DNA of 64,000 bases, taken from contig JBHGNT010000020.1 of assembly GCA_043228905.1 (NCBI GenBank), forward strand, positions 12,214,001 to 12,278,000, read 5' to 3'. Shown one piece after another: positions 39,636 through 54,827 of the stretch. Both the position numbers and the translations under genes were made by a program. The stretch is from Azolla caroliniana. Taxonomy: Eukaryota; Plantae; Polypodiophyta. How positions within the stretch are numbered: position 1 is the stretch's first letter; each line of letters starts with the position of its first letter. Below the pieces are notes generated by a model. The model was not told the origin of the DNA, did no database searches, and saw only the letters and a list, made by a program, of their open reading frames with translations.

Positions 39636-42600
39636 AATAACCCCAACACATTCTTCCTACTCCATGGGGAATGTGCCTAATGCAATTCTTCCATACATCA
39701 TATGAGGATCATTAAAAGCTAGGTTCCATATGTGAAGAGTATAATATTTCTTTACTTGCCCCTTGCTTTAGGCTTCATGACTATATCAACCTTGATTTTG
39801 AGTGGATGCTTCTAGTGTAGATTCACACTCATTGCTCCATGTCAATGTAACATCAAGTTGTGATCACTTTCAAATTAGGCTCTTGTCCATGGTTTACACT
39901 GAACGTCCCCTCATTCCCTTCCTAAAGAGTCTTCATAGGTGGGTGTGTGGTAGGATTGCTAAATTGTCTTCCCTTGGTCAAAGCTTTTGATGGTTCTTCT
40001 TTGCGAAAAACTTGCAAGAACATGTCATCAATCAAATTCAGTTGCGATTAGATCCTATGGTCAATTGGTAGCCTCGTAATCCAATCCCCATCTTGAACCA
40101 TCCTCTTTCGGTTCTCTCATTATTCCAAATTTGGACAACAGAAATGTCATGGCATCCTTATTCTTTTGCAATGGGGGATGTCATTACTTTTAAGTCGATG
40201 TTATCAAATCCCTTTCGCCATGACCTACCTTAGAAAAGGGATCTAGGGGTACCAAGGATGGATCAGTTTGGACTCATACTATATAAGAGTTATGATATTT
40301 TCTTTAAAATCAATTACAAAAAATTCCCCAACTACAGCCTCTTTCCTTTAGATTGATAATGCACTATTTTGGCATATTTGAGGTACCCAAAAGACCCAAG
40401 ATCAGATTGAAATATTGTTTAATGCCCTCTAGTGCACATTATACAGTCTCTTATTCTTTAGCTTAAGCTAGGAGCTCCTTGGGAGGATACCCTCCAAACA
40501 TTTAAATATGATCTCTCTCACAAATAATAGCTTTCATTAAGTAAAGATATCCCACAATGACTTAACTTACAATGGAATTTGGATCCACAGACAAGACTAA
40601 CTTACAACAAAGTTTGGGTTTGTCTAGCTTACTAGTAAAAAAGAACCATCCAACTATTCAGTCCCCACCCATGACCCAAGCTTTAAGAACCCAAAACATG
40701 AAGATGGTGGCATCAAAAGCTCGCAAACTCATCAAACATAGAAGCAAACAATTGCTACCATCCAATCCATCCAAATGTTGTTCAACATAGTTGAGTAAGA
40801 AAGGAGGCCCACATCCTGGGGTTGTAATGTAAAGGAGAGTATCGTGTCAACCTAGATAAACTAGCTCATACCCCATTTTATGGGGGTGAGCAATGGTTAT
40901 TTGCCACATAGAAATGTTCAAATGGATTGTGTGAGCCATTTCAGCATGGAGTGATTTACTTTATGTAACGGAAGAGCTTTTGACTGATTTTGCACAAAGA
41001 GGGACGATATGGAACCCAATAGACCAACTCTACTCTTTAGACCAAGTGGCAAAATAGACACTCTTAAGATTATATACATTGGGCCAAAATTTTCCAGCAT
41101 ATTTGCAAAGGAAAACATTATGAATTTGTTCATGTAATCAAAACCCCTTATAAAACTTCCTCATCTATAGCTAATACCAAACCTTCAATCATGTATGCAC
41201 AATAGTTATGGGGTTTGAAGATTTGATATTGGGTTTACGTACACCCATAGAGGTGGTTACAAATCCTCGCGGACAAATTTGAATACTCCATGATGATGCA
41301 CGACACTACGAAAGTAGAGAGACCCTCTAGATATGTCCTCCTTTATAGAGAGACCCATCGTACGAAACATGATTCATGAAGACATCGACATCAACATTGG
41401 CATAGGTACCGAGCTCAACAGAACATTAGAGGAAAGGGGAATAGAACAAAAACTCGCCACACAGCTCTAGGCCAAAGGACTAGCCCATTGTGAAAGAGAC
41501 CAAACCTCATGGTTAAAAGTTTTATAAAAGTCAATGACATGTGTAGCTCTTCTTTCCCCACAAGTTTTTCTCTCCTCCTATAACCTAATCTTGAGCTCTC
41601 TCCTCCCCCTTCCTTTTGTATATGTGATTACGGTTTACGCACTAATTAATGTTACCTTAGCCATTCCTTTTGTATGTGTTGGGAACTCTTATATTAATTG
41701 AGACGAGGTGGGCATTAATACATAATCATGCTTGTTACTTATAAGTTATACATATGTGTGTCTACTTTTACTTCTCTTCTTAGGACTTAATTAATCATTT
41801 AATTAAGAGTTAACATGAGGAAGTTAAGATTGCGCCAACTAGAGGCTCAAGATAGATTGACAACCACTCTTGCCTAGTTAGTGACGACGAGGGTATATGG
41901 TAGTCTGAATCATTTGGTTCGCGACCTTTACGTGGAGGTAGAACTCCATTCATCAATAGACATGATCTTGATGATGTGCAATGTGCACCGTATAATATTT
42001 CTTTGTTTCCTTGGTATAATATTGCCTCCTCTTGGTATGTTTCTTTGTTATTGGACATGTATTCCAACCCAATGTGGTTACCTGGAAAAGGACACCTATT
42101 TGTACGTTGGTCATATTGTTTGACAATGACCAAGAGGAAGAAATCACATGAAGGGAGGCATGTAACCTAGGAATTACCTAATGAGTTCATTGTTTGATTA
42201 ATGTTGAATAGGAATGCTTCACAACATTGATAAAGAGGAAGTGGGAACCCCATGTGCAAATTTGTGCAAATCCAAGTACGAATGCAACCTGTCCTTTGCA
42301 TAAATGAGTATATCGTGTATTTGTACATAGGTGTTGGAAGCCTTTGATGACATTGTTGGTGTTTACTCCCCAACGATTATTTTTGGCATATGGTGTTGTT
42401 TGTTTAGTTATACCACGAAGCTAACAAGTTTAGAAATCCAAAAATAGATTACATCTTCATGCCACCCTTTGGCCATTGGCATTCATTTGTGAATCCTCCA
42501 TGTGGCTTTAGTCCCCTCTTCTACACCTTCAGTTATGACCCTGGGTGTAGTGATTGATCCACATAGTTGTCATGGTTTGCCTTTGCGAGGTTATTTGTTT

Positions 42601-43207
42601 GGATGACACAGAGTAGGAAAATGGTTGTAGACAAGGTTATTTCTATATCAAGCATGTGTTGTTTTGCCTCCATCACTAGTAATTCCATGCTAAAGATCAT
42701 GCAGAGCTTATTGCCGAGGATGGTTTGGCTCCTTGGCATGAAAGCACCTCTTCAATTTTGTTGTCAAGCATTTAGATTTGTTGGCAATTGTACAACACTG
42801 TAATAACTATGACTACAATTTAGAAAAGTGGTAGAGAGAAGTCCCATGTTTTAGAGCACTAACAATAAATTCACATGCAATATGAATCATTGTTAATTGT
42901 ACGAGAGGTACGGGGATGGATAAGTGTGAAAAGTCTTGTTGTAAGTGTATGTGCAAGTGTGCACAAGAGTGAGTGAGTATGTTTGTTGTATGTGTATGAA
43001 CACATGCAAATCTGTGTGCATGTGTGTAGATATGAAAGAGTGGGCAAGATGTGTGTGGATGGCTAAAGGGGTATGTACCCCTATGTGTCTTATGGATGTG
43101 TAACCCTGATTGTAACTATATAAGCCCATATGGGGCATAAATGAAAAACAACAAGAAGTTTTCCTCTCTAATTTCTGTTTTAATTTCTCTCTCTCTCTCT
43201 CTCCCCT

Positions 43208-43258
43208 AGGTCTCATTGATCATATTTGACCTCCGAGGACGATAATCTAGCTATCTCC
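43208..43258 (+). repeat. Short dispersed repeat also found in the duplicated units upstream of CHR12
   Basis: GGTCTCAT...CATATTTGACCTCCGAGGACGATAAT matches GGTCTCATAG.TCATATTTGACCTCCGAAGACGATAAT at ~55186-55225 and ~56447-56485. Confidence 0.7.
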
Positions 43259-43995
43259 CTTACGCTCAACCCCTTGGGAGAATGGCTCCAACCCCCACCC
43301 ATCAACAATCATTTTTGGTCTTGGACGTAGACACATTTGTGTATCTCGTGCTCAATAAAGTTGAAAGTTCCAAGGGATTGAAAATTTTAGTAAAAAAATC
43401 ATTTTGCATTCATCATCCCTAACCATGTTTTGTGCATGGCATGTTTTCAAGGAAAATGTAGATTATCAAACCACATTACTTTAAAATATGGTGCGATGTA
43501 TTCAAGTTTTTCATTGCAAGCATATGGTATAAGTTCCACCATGTACTCCCATTCATAAATCTGTAGGAGATAAAATGAAAATGCTGGTGTAGACTCTCTA
43601 TCAACTGAGAATTTTCCTACCAAGAAGAGCACTTACGAATGTAAAGATAATAGTAAAACAAAGCTCAAAAAAATGGCTCTGTATATTTTGTATTAAGAGT
43701 GTACATTGCAAAATAAAGCATTTTAAGCCTTATGTTAAGAAATGTGTCCCAGACCTTACAATACGTATACATGGCATAAAGCATTTCGATGGCGGTCTAT
43801 TGCATAAAAGACGTCGCTCATCACCAGTGACAAATAAATATACAGTGAGCGGCCTCTTACCACCTAGTTCATTCTTATACTAGTTGATAGTATTCCTTTA
43901 CAGTCATTCAAAGATCCTTTAATGCAGAGACCAGGTTGAAGTTCAATATACATCTCACCCCCTCCATAACAATCTTGTTTAGATCCCTTACAGCT

Positions 43996-46900
43996 CTAAT
44001 AATCTTCACTATAACCTTTAGATCCTCCTGTCCATGAGCTCTGCCCATTATCATCTGTCTGAGCATGAGCACCATGATTACTTCTTTTCCTTCTCAAACC
44101 TTTCCAATTCATCGGGTGTTCATCAAATGAATTCTGTGAGTTGTAGTGACTAGGCATCACCACTGCTGGTGATTCTTCAGCAGTAGTAACTAGCTTCTTC
44201 GGGTTCTTCAACTTCAAAACCTGCAGCTTTTTGGTTCCCCTGAACTGCTCTACATCAGTAGAAGGTTCCTCGACTAAATCAAAGTTGTTCTGCCCTCCCA
44301 TAGCTTTTCTTTTCGATACTGATTGCTCTTCAAAATTACTAGATTCATCTTCATCATATGATACACTTCCTTCCACCGGTGAACAATATTTTTCCTCTTG
44401 ACACTCTTGATTAAGAACGGGTTCAGGTGATGTAAGGTATTGTGATTCTGAGTCCTTTTTCGCCCTTTTGGGGGGTAGTGCCTCATCAGCATCCTCTCCT
44501 TGAAGAGCTTTGAACCACTGTGCTTCCGTCAATGAATCAGCATACGTGATATCTTTCCTTTTGCGCTTTGTCAAGATTTCACCTGGCTCAACATCCTGTG
44601 ACTGATTTTCATTCTTTGAGAAACTGAACACCCATTCAGGAACCTCATGTTCCTCCATCAGCCTCGACTTGTAACCCTCTTTCTTCCGTCTTTCCTCATC
44701 CATCTCTTCAAAGAACCGAAACTCATCCTCACCTCGGGCTGCGAGACGATTGATCTCTCTCTCACTTGGAATATCAGTACCTAAAGACTGTGCGCCCCTT
44801 CGCATAATATATTCAAGCAATTCACGCCTTTCTTGTGCTAAAATAGGAAATATGCATATCAATACATTTGAAATGAGGGTCAACTCAAAACAGGCAATCA
44901 AAACATTAAGGCAAAAAGTTGAAAATATTCAATGAGTTACCTGTGGAGGTTGTATTGAAAAGCCCTGCTTGAATTACTTTTGCATCAATCCCCATCTTTG
45001 ACTTCGCACGATCGAGAATATCCTCCTCAATCGTTCCAACACATGCTAAGACAAACACGCGAACTTCTTTCTTTTGTCCTATTCTATGTGCTCTATCCTC
45101 TGCTTGCTGATCCATCTGAGGATTCCAATCACTATCAAACATAATAACAGTATCGGCTGTCTGTAAGTTCAAACCAAGCCCACCAGCACGAGTACTCAGA
45201 AGGAAAAGAAAATACGGAGAATCAGGAGCATTAAACTTCCTAAGAAGTGAGCCACGATCCTCTGTCTTTGTTGTTCCATCTAATCTTAAATATTTGAGAC
45301 CCTGGAAATTCAAATATATCTCTAATATGTCCAAAACCCGTGTCATTTGGGAGAAAAGTAGCACTCTATGGCCTGTCCTCTCTAGCTTTGGTAAAAGACG
45401 ATCTAATAGCTCAAACTTCCCTGAAGCCCGAAGAATCTCATCTTTCTTGTACACATTGTATCTGCCACCCTCTAAGAAAAGATAAGGATGATTGCAACAT
45501 TTCCGTAGCTGCATTGCAGTGTTCTGCAGACCCTTAGATTTTCCAGCACCTGTACACAAACCAAATGTTCGCACACTTTCTAACATTGGAAAAATCATGA
45601 AGGCACAATTTACATTAATATGATATTCAAATATTTCATCTTACTGCTAAGGTCAGAATTAAAACAGACGAGATTTAAAATATGTCGGTAACAAACATAC
45701 CGGAGTCGAGTCCAACACGGCCAGATTCTGTTATCTGTTGATAGTAGATACGCTGCCACGCAGACATATCACACTTCAGAATGACTTGAGCTTTGCTTGG
45801 TAAAAACTTCTCAACCTCTGCCTTCTTCCTCCTCAAAAGGAAAGGTCTTATAACCTGAAATTTATATACGCAACAAGTTTACTTAGTCCAAGAAAAATAC
45901 TTCACAATTAATTAGGTCAACAAACCATAAAATGTTGCCTCAAAATATTGACATGTCTATTTACCTGATGAAGTCGACGAATGATAAGAAGTTGTTCCTC
46001 CTCTGTTAGAGACACTTCTGAAGGATCTGCAAATGGAGCATTGAACCAGTCTTCGAAGTTATCAGAAGAATTGAAAATAGCAGGCAACAGGAAGTTCAAT
46101 AAAGACCAAAGCTCCTGTAAGCTATTCTGTATTGGCGTTCCTGTTAAAAGAAGCCTTCGCCGAATACGATATCTGGAAAAATAAATCCAGTATTTGTAAA
46201 TTAAGATCCAAATTTACCAAGAATCCATTGAACTTGAGGTTGCCATTACCGTTTGTTTTTATTTATAACTTCCTAACTGCACAAGATTATTTATGTGTGT
46301 AAGAGTGTGTTTGATGACTGACCCTACTGAAATTTGAAAGTTCACAACGATAAGTTATAGTATATCCATACACCTGTAAACCAATTATAGGCATTTGTAT
46401 AACATGCCTCACCTTGAGCCCAGTAAATCTAAACTATAGAACATGCCACAAATCAAAAACTTCATTTGCTCCAATTTACACTACATTCTTGAGGTTCAAT
46501 GAACAAACTGAGATGCCTTGCATAATCACAGAATCCAGGGAAGAAAGAAATTATTCAAATTTGCAATTACTTTAAATCTGAAAGTTCGATAATCAGATCA
46601 TGCATATGCTATAACAACACAAAAAAGAAGTAAAGATAGGATCATACTCGTTCACCAATGTTTGTGATAGTCTACAATCTCGATTCTTCAACCGGTGTCC
46701 CTCATCAATAATCATGTAGTGCCAATTTATTTTCTTCAAAAACGATTTGTCCCTCATAATCAAATCATAATGTGTTATTAAAACGTTGAATTTGCTCTCT
46801 CCTTTGTATACAAGCCTTATGTCCTTGCGATCCGTTCGGTTTCCATCATATAGTAGTGCCACAATGCTGAATAAAGATTCTTATGTTAGAACTCAAAGCA

Positions 46901-49900
46901 GGCACTTTAACTAAAAGACATGGACTACCAAGATATGTGATTGTTCCTGAATTCGCCCTATGCAGTTTGCATGTAGGTATATAGCAAGATTCATCACCTT
47001 GGAGCCCAGGTTGAAAACTCATAAGCCCAATTTGGTAGAACTGCTTTTGGTGCTACAATAAGATGAGGACCAGAAAGCCCTTTGTTTTCCATGAGATAAG
47101 CCAGTAGCGCTATGGTTTGAATGGTCTTTCCAAGTCCCATCTCATCAGCCAGAATGCCATTCAAGTTATTGTTGTAAAGAGATAACATCCATTGAAGACC
47201 TTCAAGTTGATATGGCCGCAACTCTCCACCTGTTAGCATTGTTGGTTGTTTAGTCACCTGAACCAGATGTCAACACCTCTAATTAGTTAAAACCACATGT
47301 CTTGTCTTCTCCCATAGATGATGTATTAAAAAATACCAAGGTACACCATGGTTAGTTAAACCATCTATGATTGTATGTTAAGCCAGAAAACAATTAAATT
47401 AACTTTAACTCCCAATGTTAAAAGACTGACATAATCTGCATGTATCAGAACAAAAATAAAATCTTTACAGTGAGAATCCTTCACCTTTTCCTCTATTGAG
47501 TGAACCAATAAGTTATACTGCCGCTGTCCCTGAAGAAGATCCCTCTTCTTCACAGATCCTTCTCCATCATGATCAGATAAAGATAGTGATTCATCCATGT
47601 TCTCATGGATAAGGTTTTTAGGAGAAGGCTCCTCAATTTCTTCTTCTGCACTCAGCCTTTGTCTCGGAGAAGAGACCTCAGACAAGCCTTTGCCAATTTC
47701 TTTGGATTTGTCCTTTGACTTCTCTTTCTTTACAACATCAGCCCGATCGGCATCCTTTTGCTGCTGAACCATGGCACCCAAACTTTGTAAGAGCTCATCA
47801 GTTTTCTGAAGAAGAGTTGTGAGCCTCTCATTCTTACTTTCCTCAACCATCCTCATGTAAGCCTCTTGATCATCTGCCCTCAGAGCTTGGAATCTTAATC
47901 TTTCAGCACGTGTTACACGCTGTCTTTGCTTTCCGTGCCATGCCTGCATATTGTTACAGTTTAGTTAGATTGTATAATACAAGGTTATGATAAAAAATTA
48001 TGCTCTAATGAAATAATAAATACAAACCTGAACATTATCATTCCTCTGTTTTCTCTTTTTAAATACTGACTGCCCTTGCAGCTGAACCTCACGAACTAAA
48101 TTGAGCAACTCATTAAAAAACTTTCTCTTTCTCATAGCAACTCTTGCCTGCTCCTCCTCCTCTACACGCCTTTGTCTCTGCAATTAGAAAATATATTATG
48201 GACCATCCAGATGACCTTTTCTTTTCTTTTCAGATAAGTGTTTTACCTCTGCTTCCCTCTTACGACGAAGTCTCTCGTCAGCTTCTCCAGGAGATAAGCC
48301 CGAGATAAATCCATCGCCATGTAAAGATCCAAAAAATGATGCTGATGTTCGAACAAGACGCATTAGACTCCAGTCAAAAATGTGTTTATCCACAGTAGAG
48401 CAAGCCTCTTGTAGGTGTTTTTCTGCCAAAATGTCAGAGCGCACCTTCTTCTGTAAAGCAGCTAGCTGTCAACAAAACAAAGTAAATAACATTTGATTCA
48501 GAAAAATTTTCCATTTACCACAGTAGTATTCAATGGTAGAAGTTGGATATGATTAGTTACTATCTAACATATGCATCTCGTGTTGCACACTTAATTTAGC
48601 AAAAAAACTTTATTAATTTCCTCTGTAAAATTAAGAAATGAATCCTCAGCAGCTTGTTTTCCACAAGCAAAGGAATTGTGGCTTGCTAATTTTGAGGTCG
48701 TATTTTGGGTTGGCCTTGAAAGATTTTGTTTATAAAATCTGCTAGCCAATAGTTGTTCTTCATATTGGTTGAATAATGTATTGCCTAGCTATTAACCTGC
48801 TGCCTTCGTTAATTAATTCTACGCGCCTAGAGCATCAAAATTATGGATCCACGTATGCCATTAAAAAATAGCCACACTTACAAAGGCCCTTTCAAACTAT
48901 AACCTTTTTGAGAGCTTCTAGGACATATCTGGATCACTTGGTCAGCGTGAACTACCTTAAATCAATTCTCATAAATAATACGCTTTTCCCCCTTAAAACA
49001 GTTCATCGGAGGACTCCAAAAACCAAAAGGGTATTTCCTCCCTCTCATGTCACTCCTACTCCAAGTTCACTATTGCACACAAGTTGTATCAAAACGAAAT
49101 TATTGGCCTCCAGCTACTATAACTGGTATTACAGGAAGGTTATATCTCTCGAGAAAAATCAATGCAAACAAAAGAATGTTGCTGTTGATTCAGTTCTCCA
49201 AGCACTTCAATCGTCTTGGAGAAGTTCATCATGAGAACAAGTTCAAAGCAATGCCAAACAGGAGAAACCCAATAGATAACATTGTTTGTAGATATCCCAT
49301 TGCAAGAAAACTTCATTGCAGCAGTATATACAGATCCAGTTCAAATTGTTCCATGTGATCTCCACAGTACCTAGAAGCCTCTCAAATAGCTACTTTCAAA
49401 AATGACAATTTTTTTAATTTCTGTAATTAAATCCCAGAAATAAATTGACTTTATTTTTGGAGTTTATTTTTGGGTAAAAATGGCCAAAATTACAAGCGAT
49501 CTAAAATCATTGTATGAGATCAGTAAATCACTGCACAAGCTTTGATTTGAGGAAGGTTAGGATGTGTGGTATTTCTCAAGGAATGTGATCATGCATTCGG
49601 AAGTCAGAAGCCAACCACTTTGATGACATTGACGGTCTAACTTGAATAAAAAAGCCATTACAACATTAAAATGTTTGTGACTGATGAAACCCTTGTGAAT
49701 CTCCTCATTACACAAAAAGAGATGACAATGGCAGCCCCATCATGCCATGTGTTGATGATATGCTTATTGGTGGCAAAAAGAGAAGTACTCTTAATGCACT
49801 TAAAGACCAGCAATATCCAGCCTTTGCCATGAAAGATTTAGGCCAAGCTGAACATAGCTTGGATATGAGGACAAAGAGGAAACGGCAGCAGCAGCTGTTT

Positions 49901-52900
49901 TATATATACAAAGTGCTTGATAGGTTCAACATAAATAATGCAAAGACAATAAGGGTACCTTTCCAGCCACATGCTAAATTGAGAAAAAAAGACAGCCCAA
50001 AAGAAAATGCCCCGGCCAATTCTAAAAATGCTGTACCATAGGCTTCAGCTTGTGGTTCTTTGATGTGTTCCATAGTTGCTACAAACCCAGACATTCCACA
50101 AGCAATGGGAGTCAACAAGTTCGTGGCTAATCCTGGCAAGGTATATTGGAAGCCATCAAGTCAATTGTGCGATGTTTGAAAAGAAAAAGAAGTAAATGGC
50201 TATGTTATGGAAAGTGTCACCGGAATTACCAGGATTATGTAATTTTTTATATGGGAGGTAATGTTGATACACACAAATCCACTAGCTGATAAGCATTTAC
50301 AGTTGCCAGTAGTGCAACTTCATGGTGTTCCACATTGCAAAAGGTGGCTGTGTTATCTATTAGTAAGGCTGAATATATTTTAGCCATTTTAAAGGTAGAG
50401 CTAATGATTAGCAGAATAATCATATCGTTAAGGAAATGACTGGATTAATTAAGTGCCTCTCAAAGGCACAATGTCGACATTGTCTTCAGCTAGTGAAAGT
50501 AACAATGTGCCTCTTAGCCCCTTAAGTGGGTGTTCATTGGGTATAAAGGCCCAAGAATTCTCCATTTGTACATTTATGAAACCCCCTTTCACACTATAGG
50601 TTTCTTGAGAGCTTTTAGAACATTTGGGTCTCTTGGCCAATGAGAACTAGTTCAAGTGCCCAAAAGTCACATTCTAATAAAAGAATATACTTTTGCCCAT
50701 AAAAACAAATGATTACAAGCCTCCAAAAAGATATTGCATCTCCTCCCTCTCCTTCTGTGTTTTTCTGCACCTCAGCCATTTTCTGTCTCATTGCTCTTAC
50801 TCCAAGTCCACCATTACACATAGATGGTACCGAAACAAACCTCTTGGCCTCCTTTCAAACCTTCCTCAAACGAGCTGTCTCGCTTGAGTATCACATAGAT
50901 ACATGTACTCAAAGTCTTGCACGCCTATAAGTCTCTAGGAATCCAGAGATGCTTGACTTTTGTAGTTTAGGTTCCAATAGATACTTATATTTGGATTTGT
51001 TGTTTTTAATAATACCCAGAAAATTAGGACTTCCGACTGTCTAAAACATCTGAAGTCTTATGTCCTCTATGATTCATACTTGAATGGACCCATGCACTGC
51101 TCTTAATATGACTTCTCATGAATACTGTTCTAAGCAGCTTATGGCTTAATCCAAGCTATTCCTCTATATAATTTATCGTATGTATTCATTGCTCAAGCCT
51201 TCTTTTCTATTTCATTTCAGAAAAGCACCGCAACCTCTTGTTTTTTGCAAGTTACAAAGCATTGTCTCGCCTCCTACCATTTTAGGCTCTAAAAACCCAT
51301 GGTAGAATTGAATATCCTTGGCTACACTACAGTTGGCATGTATATGCAACCATTACTCATATGCTGCAGTAATAATCCAGATTACTATAAAGTTACTAAA
51401 TATTCAAGTAGGCCTGGACAACTTGTTTTAATTATATTTTCAGTTTCGAGTACCGTTCAATATAGAAAACTAAAGTTAGTTTTTTCGACTTGTGTCTTTA
51501 CCATGATCCATGTGTGATCTTTTAACTCTGAATGATAAAGGCCATGGAATTTGAACATGGAGCCACCCTGGACATAGGAGGCATGAGCTGATATGTCAAC
51601 AGCCTGTTCATAAACTTGCTAAACCTCAGGTTATTGCATGTGGATGCATCTCATTATAACTGAAGTACTCGGAAAGATAATCCTATAGGGATAATATACT
51701 ACCGCATTCTTCAATCCATTGTCATCGTCAGATTTCAGTAAAATATTCATCAAACTGTGTTTCCAGTTTCCAACAGATTTTAATGACTTCAGGAATGCAC
51801 CAGAGCATTCCAAATAGGGAAGAACTGTTCCTTTTGTTACGAGATATAAATCGCTATTTCTATAGTAAATGTAAACAATAATGTTTCTACATCAAATCGA
51901 TTATGGAAAAGTATATGATTTTCAGGCATTTTTACTTTTCCATTGCACTCGGATAAAATGACATATGATACGTTATATTTGAAGGCGTGGAGTATTACCT
52001 TAAGGCCTTGGAGCTCCAATAAACATTTCATCCGCACTTCATCCCCAAGAGATGATGGTGTTTCTAAAATGAACATTAGAAAAACTTCAGATTGAAAAAA
52101 AGATAATATGCATTTCTACAATACACGTGCCACATTCCACAAACATCAAAATACCATCCTTGTGTTTTATTTGTTGATTTACCTTCAAGATCCTGCAGTC
52201 GACTTGAGAGTTTCTTTGCCACTCTATCATTCAGCTCTTGTTTCAATAATGAGCTTGAAGAAAGCTTGGCCCGCTCATCTCTTAGAACTTCTTCAAATGT
52301 TACAGAGAGATCTGTAGTCCAGCAGGACTCGTTGATACCCTGTAAATATAGTATGTACCATGATAAGTAGATGGAGGACAATTATGGTTAACATCTCTAT
52401 GAAAATGAATAGAAATGTGGTTATACCTTGTGCGGCAACACTACATTTTCGATGGGACCATCTTTGGTATGGCATTCAGGGGCATGCAAAACTGTAGCAG
52501 TGGTATCCATCAGTTGCTCATTGTCAAATGCCATTCCTAAAAACCAACAATCTAATTGTAAGATCCAGGGGGTATTTTCTTAAGCTGCAACTTTCAAGTA
52601 ATCAGAATTTGATGTGTTATTTACTTAGTGTGCACAAATTCCATTATTTCTAATTTTAAGCATGACATTCAAATTTCAGAATGGTCTTCTACGAGCTGGT
52701 TTCATATAGTTTCGCTTTCTATAACTGTTTTCCAGCAATGATTTGGTTCAATAGAGAGACACAAATTTTTCACAAGATATTGTTCTCTAAGTTCCAACTT
52801 TCAAGTTTATCTTTAATCTGTACCTTTCATTCAGAAAAGAGAGGCCCTAATAATTGCAAAAACTGTTTTGAAGAGAGCAAGAAATGCAAAATCTAAAAAC

Positions 52901-54827
52901 TTAAAGATTACCCTTCTCAGATGTTAAGTCCCCTGATAAACCTTGTGGAGATGGTAAGCTTCCTGGATGAGACACCTCAACCTGTGGCAAATTCTGTGTA
53001 CAAACCAATGATAACAAAGTTTAAATGAGAAATGGACAGACAATCAAACTTAACTACACATTAACACATTGGCAAATTAAAGAATTAGTTAGCAATAATG
53101 AAAATAAGAAATAAAAGGAAGATACTCACAGGACATTTAGAACCATGAAACCTTGTAGGTAATACCCCACAATGTGGTCCAACTGCAGATTGGCTAATAA
53201 TTCTATGATGTGATAATCATTGAGTAGGCACGATTATTTACAAACACAGTCTACCATGAATACTAATTTTATCGTTTTCTCATAGCCCCACAGCCAAGAC
53301 AAGTATGTCAATAGATTTTGTACTTTCTTACATTTTACCTAACCTGGTTGCATGACCGGCTACATAAATTAGACCTGCATGATCTAAAGCCTATCATTCT
53401 CATGCCAAACCACTCATCTTTAAATAGGGCTATGAAGAGGCCAATACAGTCAATGCCCCAAACTGCAGGAGCACAAAAGTCTAAAAGAAAAATAAGAAGA
53501 CACCCAATCATTTCTGCTTTCTTATGGAAATTTTAGCTGAATAGACTTGTATCTATTCACATCCTGATTCCCTGCTAAAGTCTGAACATACCAATATCAC
53601 TGAATTCACAATTTTTCAGTGCATGATTGGAAAACCACTCATCTTAGCATGCAGTCACAACCCACAAAAGCTGCCACCCAAAAAAACTTCGGTGGATCTC
53701 AAAGGAAAGTCCCTTTGGATATCTGCAGCTTTTACATCACTAAAAACATGATCACATCACCAACTAACAAAGGTAGATTACCCATCTTACCAGAGCAATA
53801 CAAATCATGGACAAAAACTGTCTAACTTTTGTTCAAAAAAAGAAGATACTCAATTTTTTGCTGTTTCTGAGGAAGAGATTCCATGCATAGATATCAATTT
53901 TCTCCACATTCCTACTAAACCTATTCCCATCACTAGCTTCACAAATATTGACTGCATGACCTGAAGTCTACTTATCGTACCATGCCATTATAATTTCAAG
54001 AACAAGACCGGCCGAATACTTTTAAGGTAAGATATTTAATACTTTTAAGTCTTCAAAGAATGTTCCCCTAGATAGATTTCAAATTCCTTTACATCCCCTG
54101 TTAGAATCTAATTTTGTCTCAAATTTTTATCTTTTAAACGAACCATGCCATTACAAAGCATGAACAAAAACCACCAAAATTCTGTGCCAAAGAAGAAGAA
54201 AGATATCGAATGTCTTTTAATTTGTGCAAGAACAAGGAAACTTTCTGAAACAGAAAGACATAAGAGAAAACAAATAGAAGAAAGATAACAAGCTTCTATC
54301 TGCTTTCTTAAATGAGAATAAATTAATCCGCAGATTAAAAAAACTGAGAAAGAACGAAAAGAAGAAATAAATCAAATGTTTTCCAAATCAAGAAGGAATA
54401 TTCTGTCACCAAAAAATAAAAAAGTATACGAAGACGAAAGGAAAAAACTCACGTGAGACTGAGAGTGCGCGTGCACAGACTCGTCCAAAGGAGAAAGAAG
54501 AGCAAGAGTCGATTTCTGATCGATTTGGGAGATGGAAGAGACGGCGTCCAAGACAGAGGGAGGGAGAGGGAGGTCACGCGAGACATAGCTGAGAGCTTGC
54601 AGGAGGATCTTCACAGAGAGAGCCTGGGAAGAAGAAGAAGAAGAAGCGGAAGACGGGGAGGAAGAAGAGACAGAGACAGAGACAGAGACATTCTCGTCTA
54701 CTTCTCCGTCTGCTGCTTCTACATCATCCGTTTCTGCTTCTGCTGCGTCTGGATTCTGCGCAGAGGAAGGGACGGAGAGAAGCAGGGCGGGAGCTTCGAG
54801 CTCTGTCATCGCCATCGCCATCGCCAT
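43996..54827 (-). CDS. CHR12: SNF2-family SWI/SNF ATPase, CHR12/CHR23 (MINUSCULE) type; 14 exons: 54827-54453, 52981-52912, 52536-52427, 52339-52183, 52063-51999, 48465-48247, 48177-48028, 47943-47485, 47257-46998, 46866-46648, 46172-45965, 45854-45701, 45549-44941, 44837-43996; ~1298 aa
   Basis: [10 protein letters not shown]|[13 protein letters not shown]-like [10 protein letters not shown]...[37 protein letters not shown] box, [40 protein letters not shown], SnAC-like [13 protein letters not shown]; no bromodomain; the exons sum to 3897 nt in frame. CHR12 vs CHR23 cannot be distinguished; the small 5' exons are less certain. Confidence 0.92.
49740..50390 (+). pseudogene. Ty1/copia RT-RNase H relic in CHR12 intron 5 (antisense to the gene); LTR-like sequence may continue to ~51050
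   Basis: VDDMLI...FAMKDLGQA...KVLDRF...[10 protein letters not shown]...PDI, then KST...[18 protein letters not shown] with stops and frameshifts. Confidence 0.8.

Noticed and set aside
38800-43200. Decayed TE-like sequence between DUF1635 and CHR12 (similar stretches at 6200-9000 and 25000-26600)
   Set aside because: Probably old transposon debris, but I could not identify diagnostic motifs or boundaries; needs RepeatMasker or tblastx.
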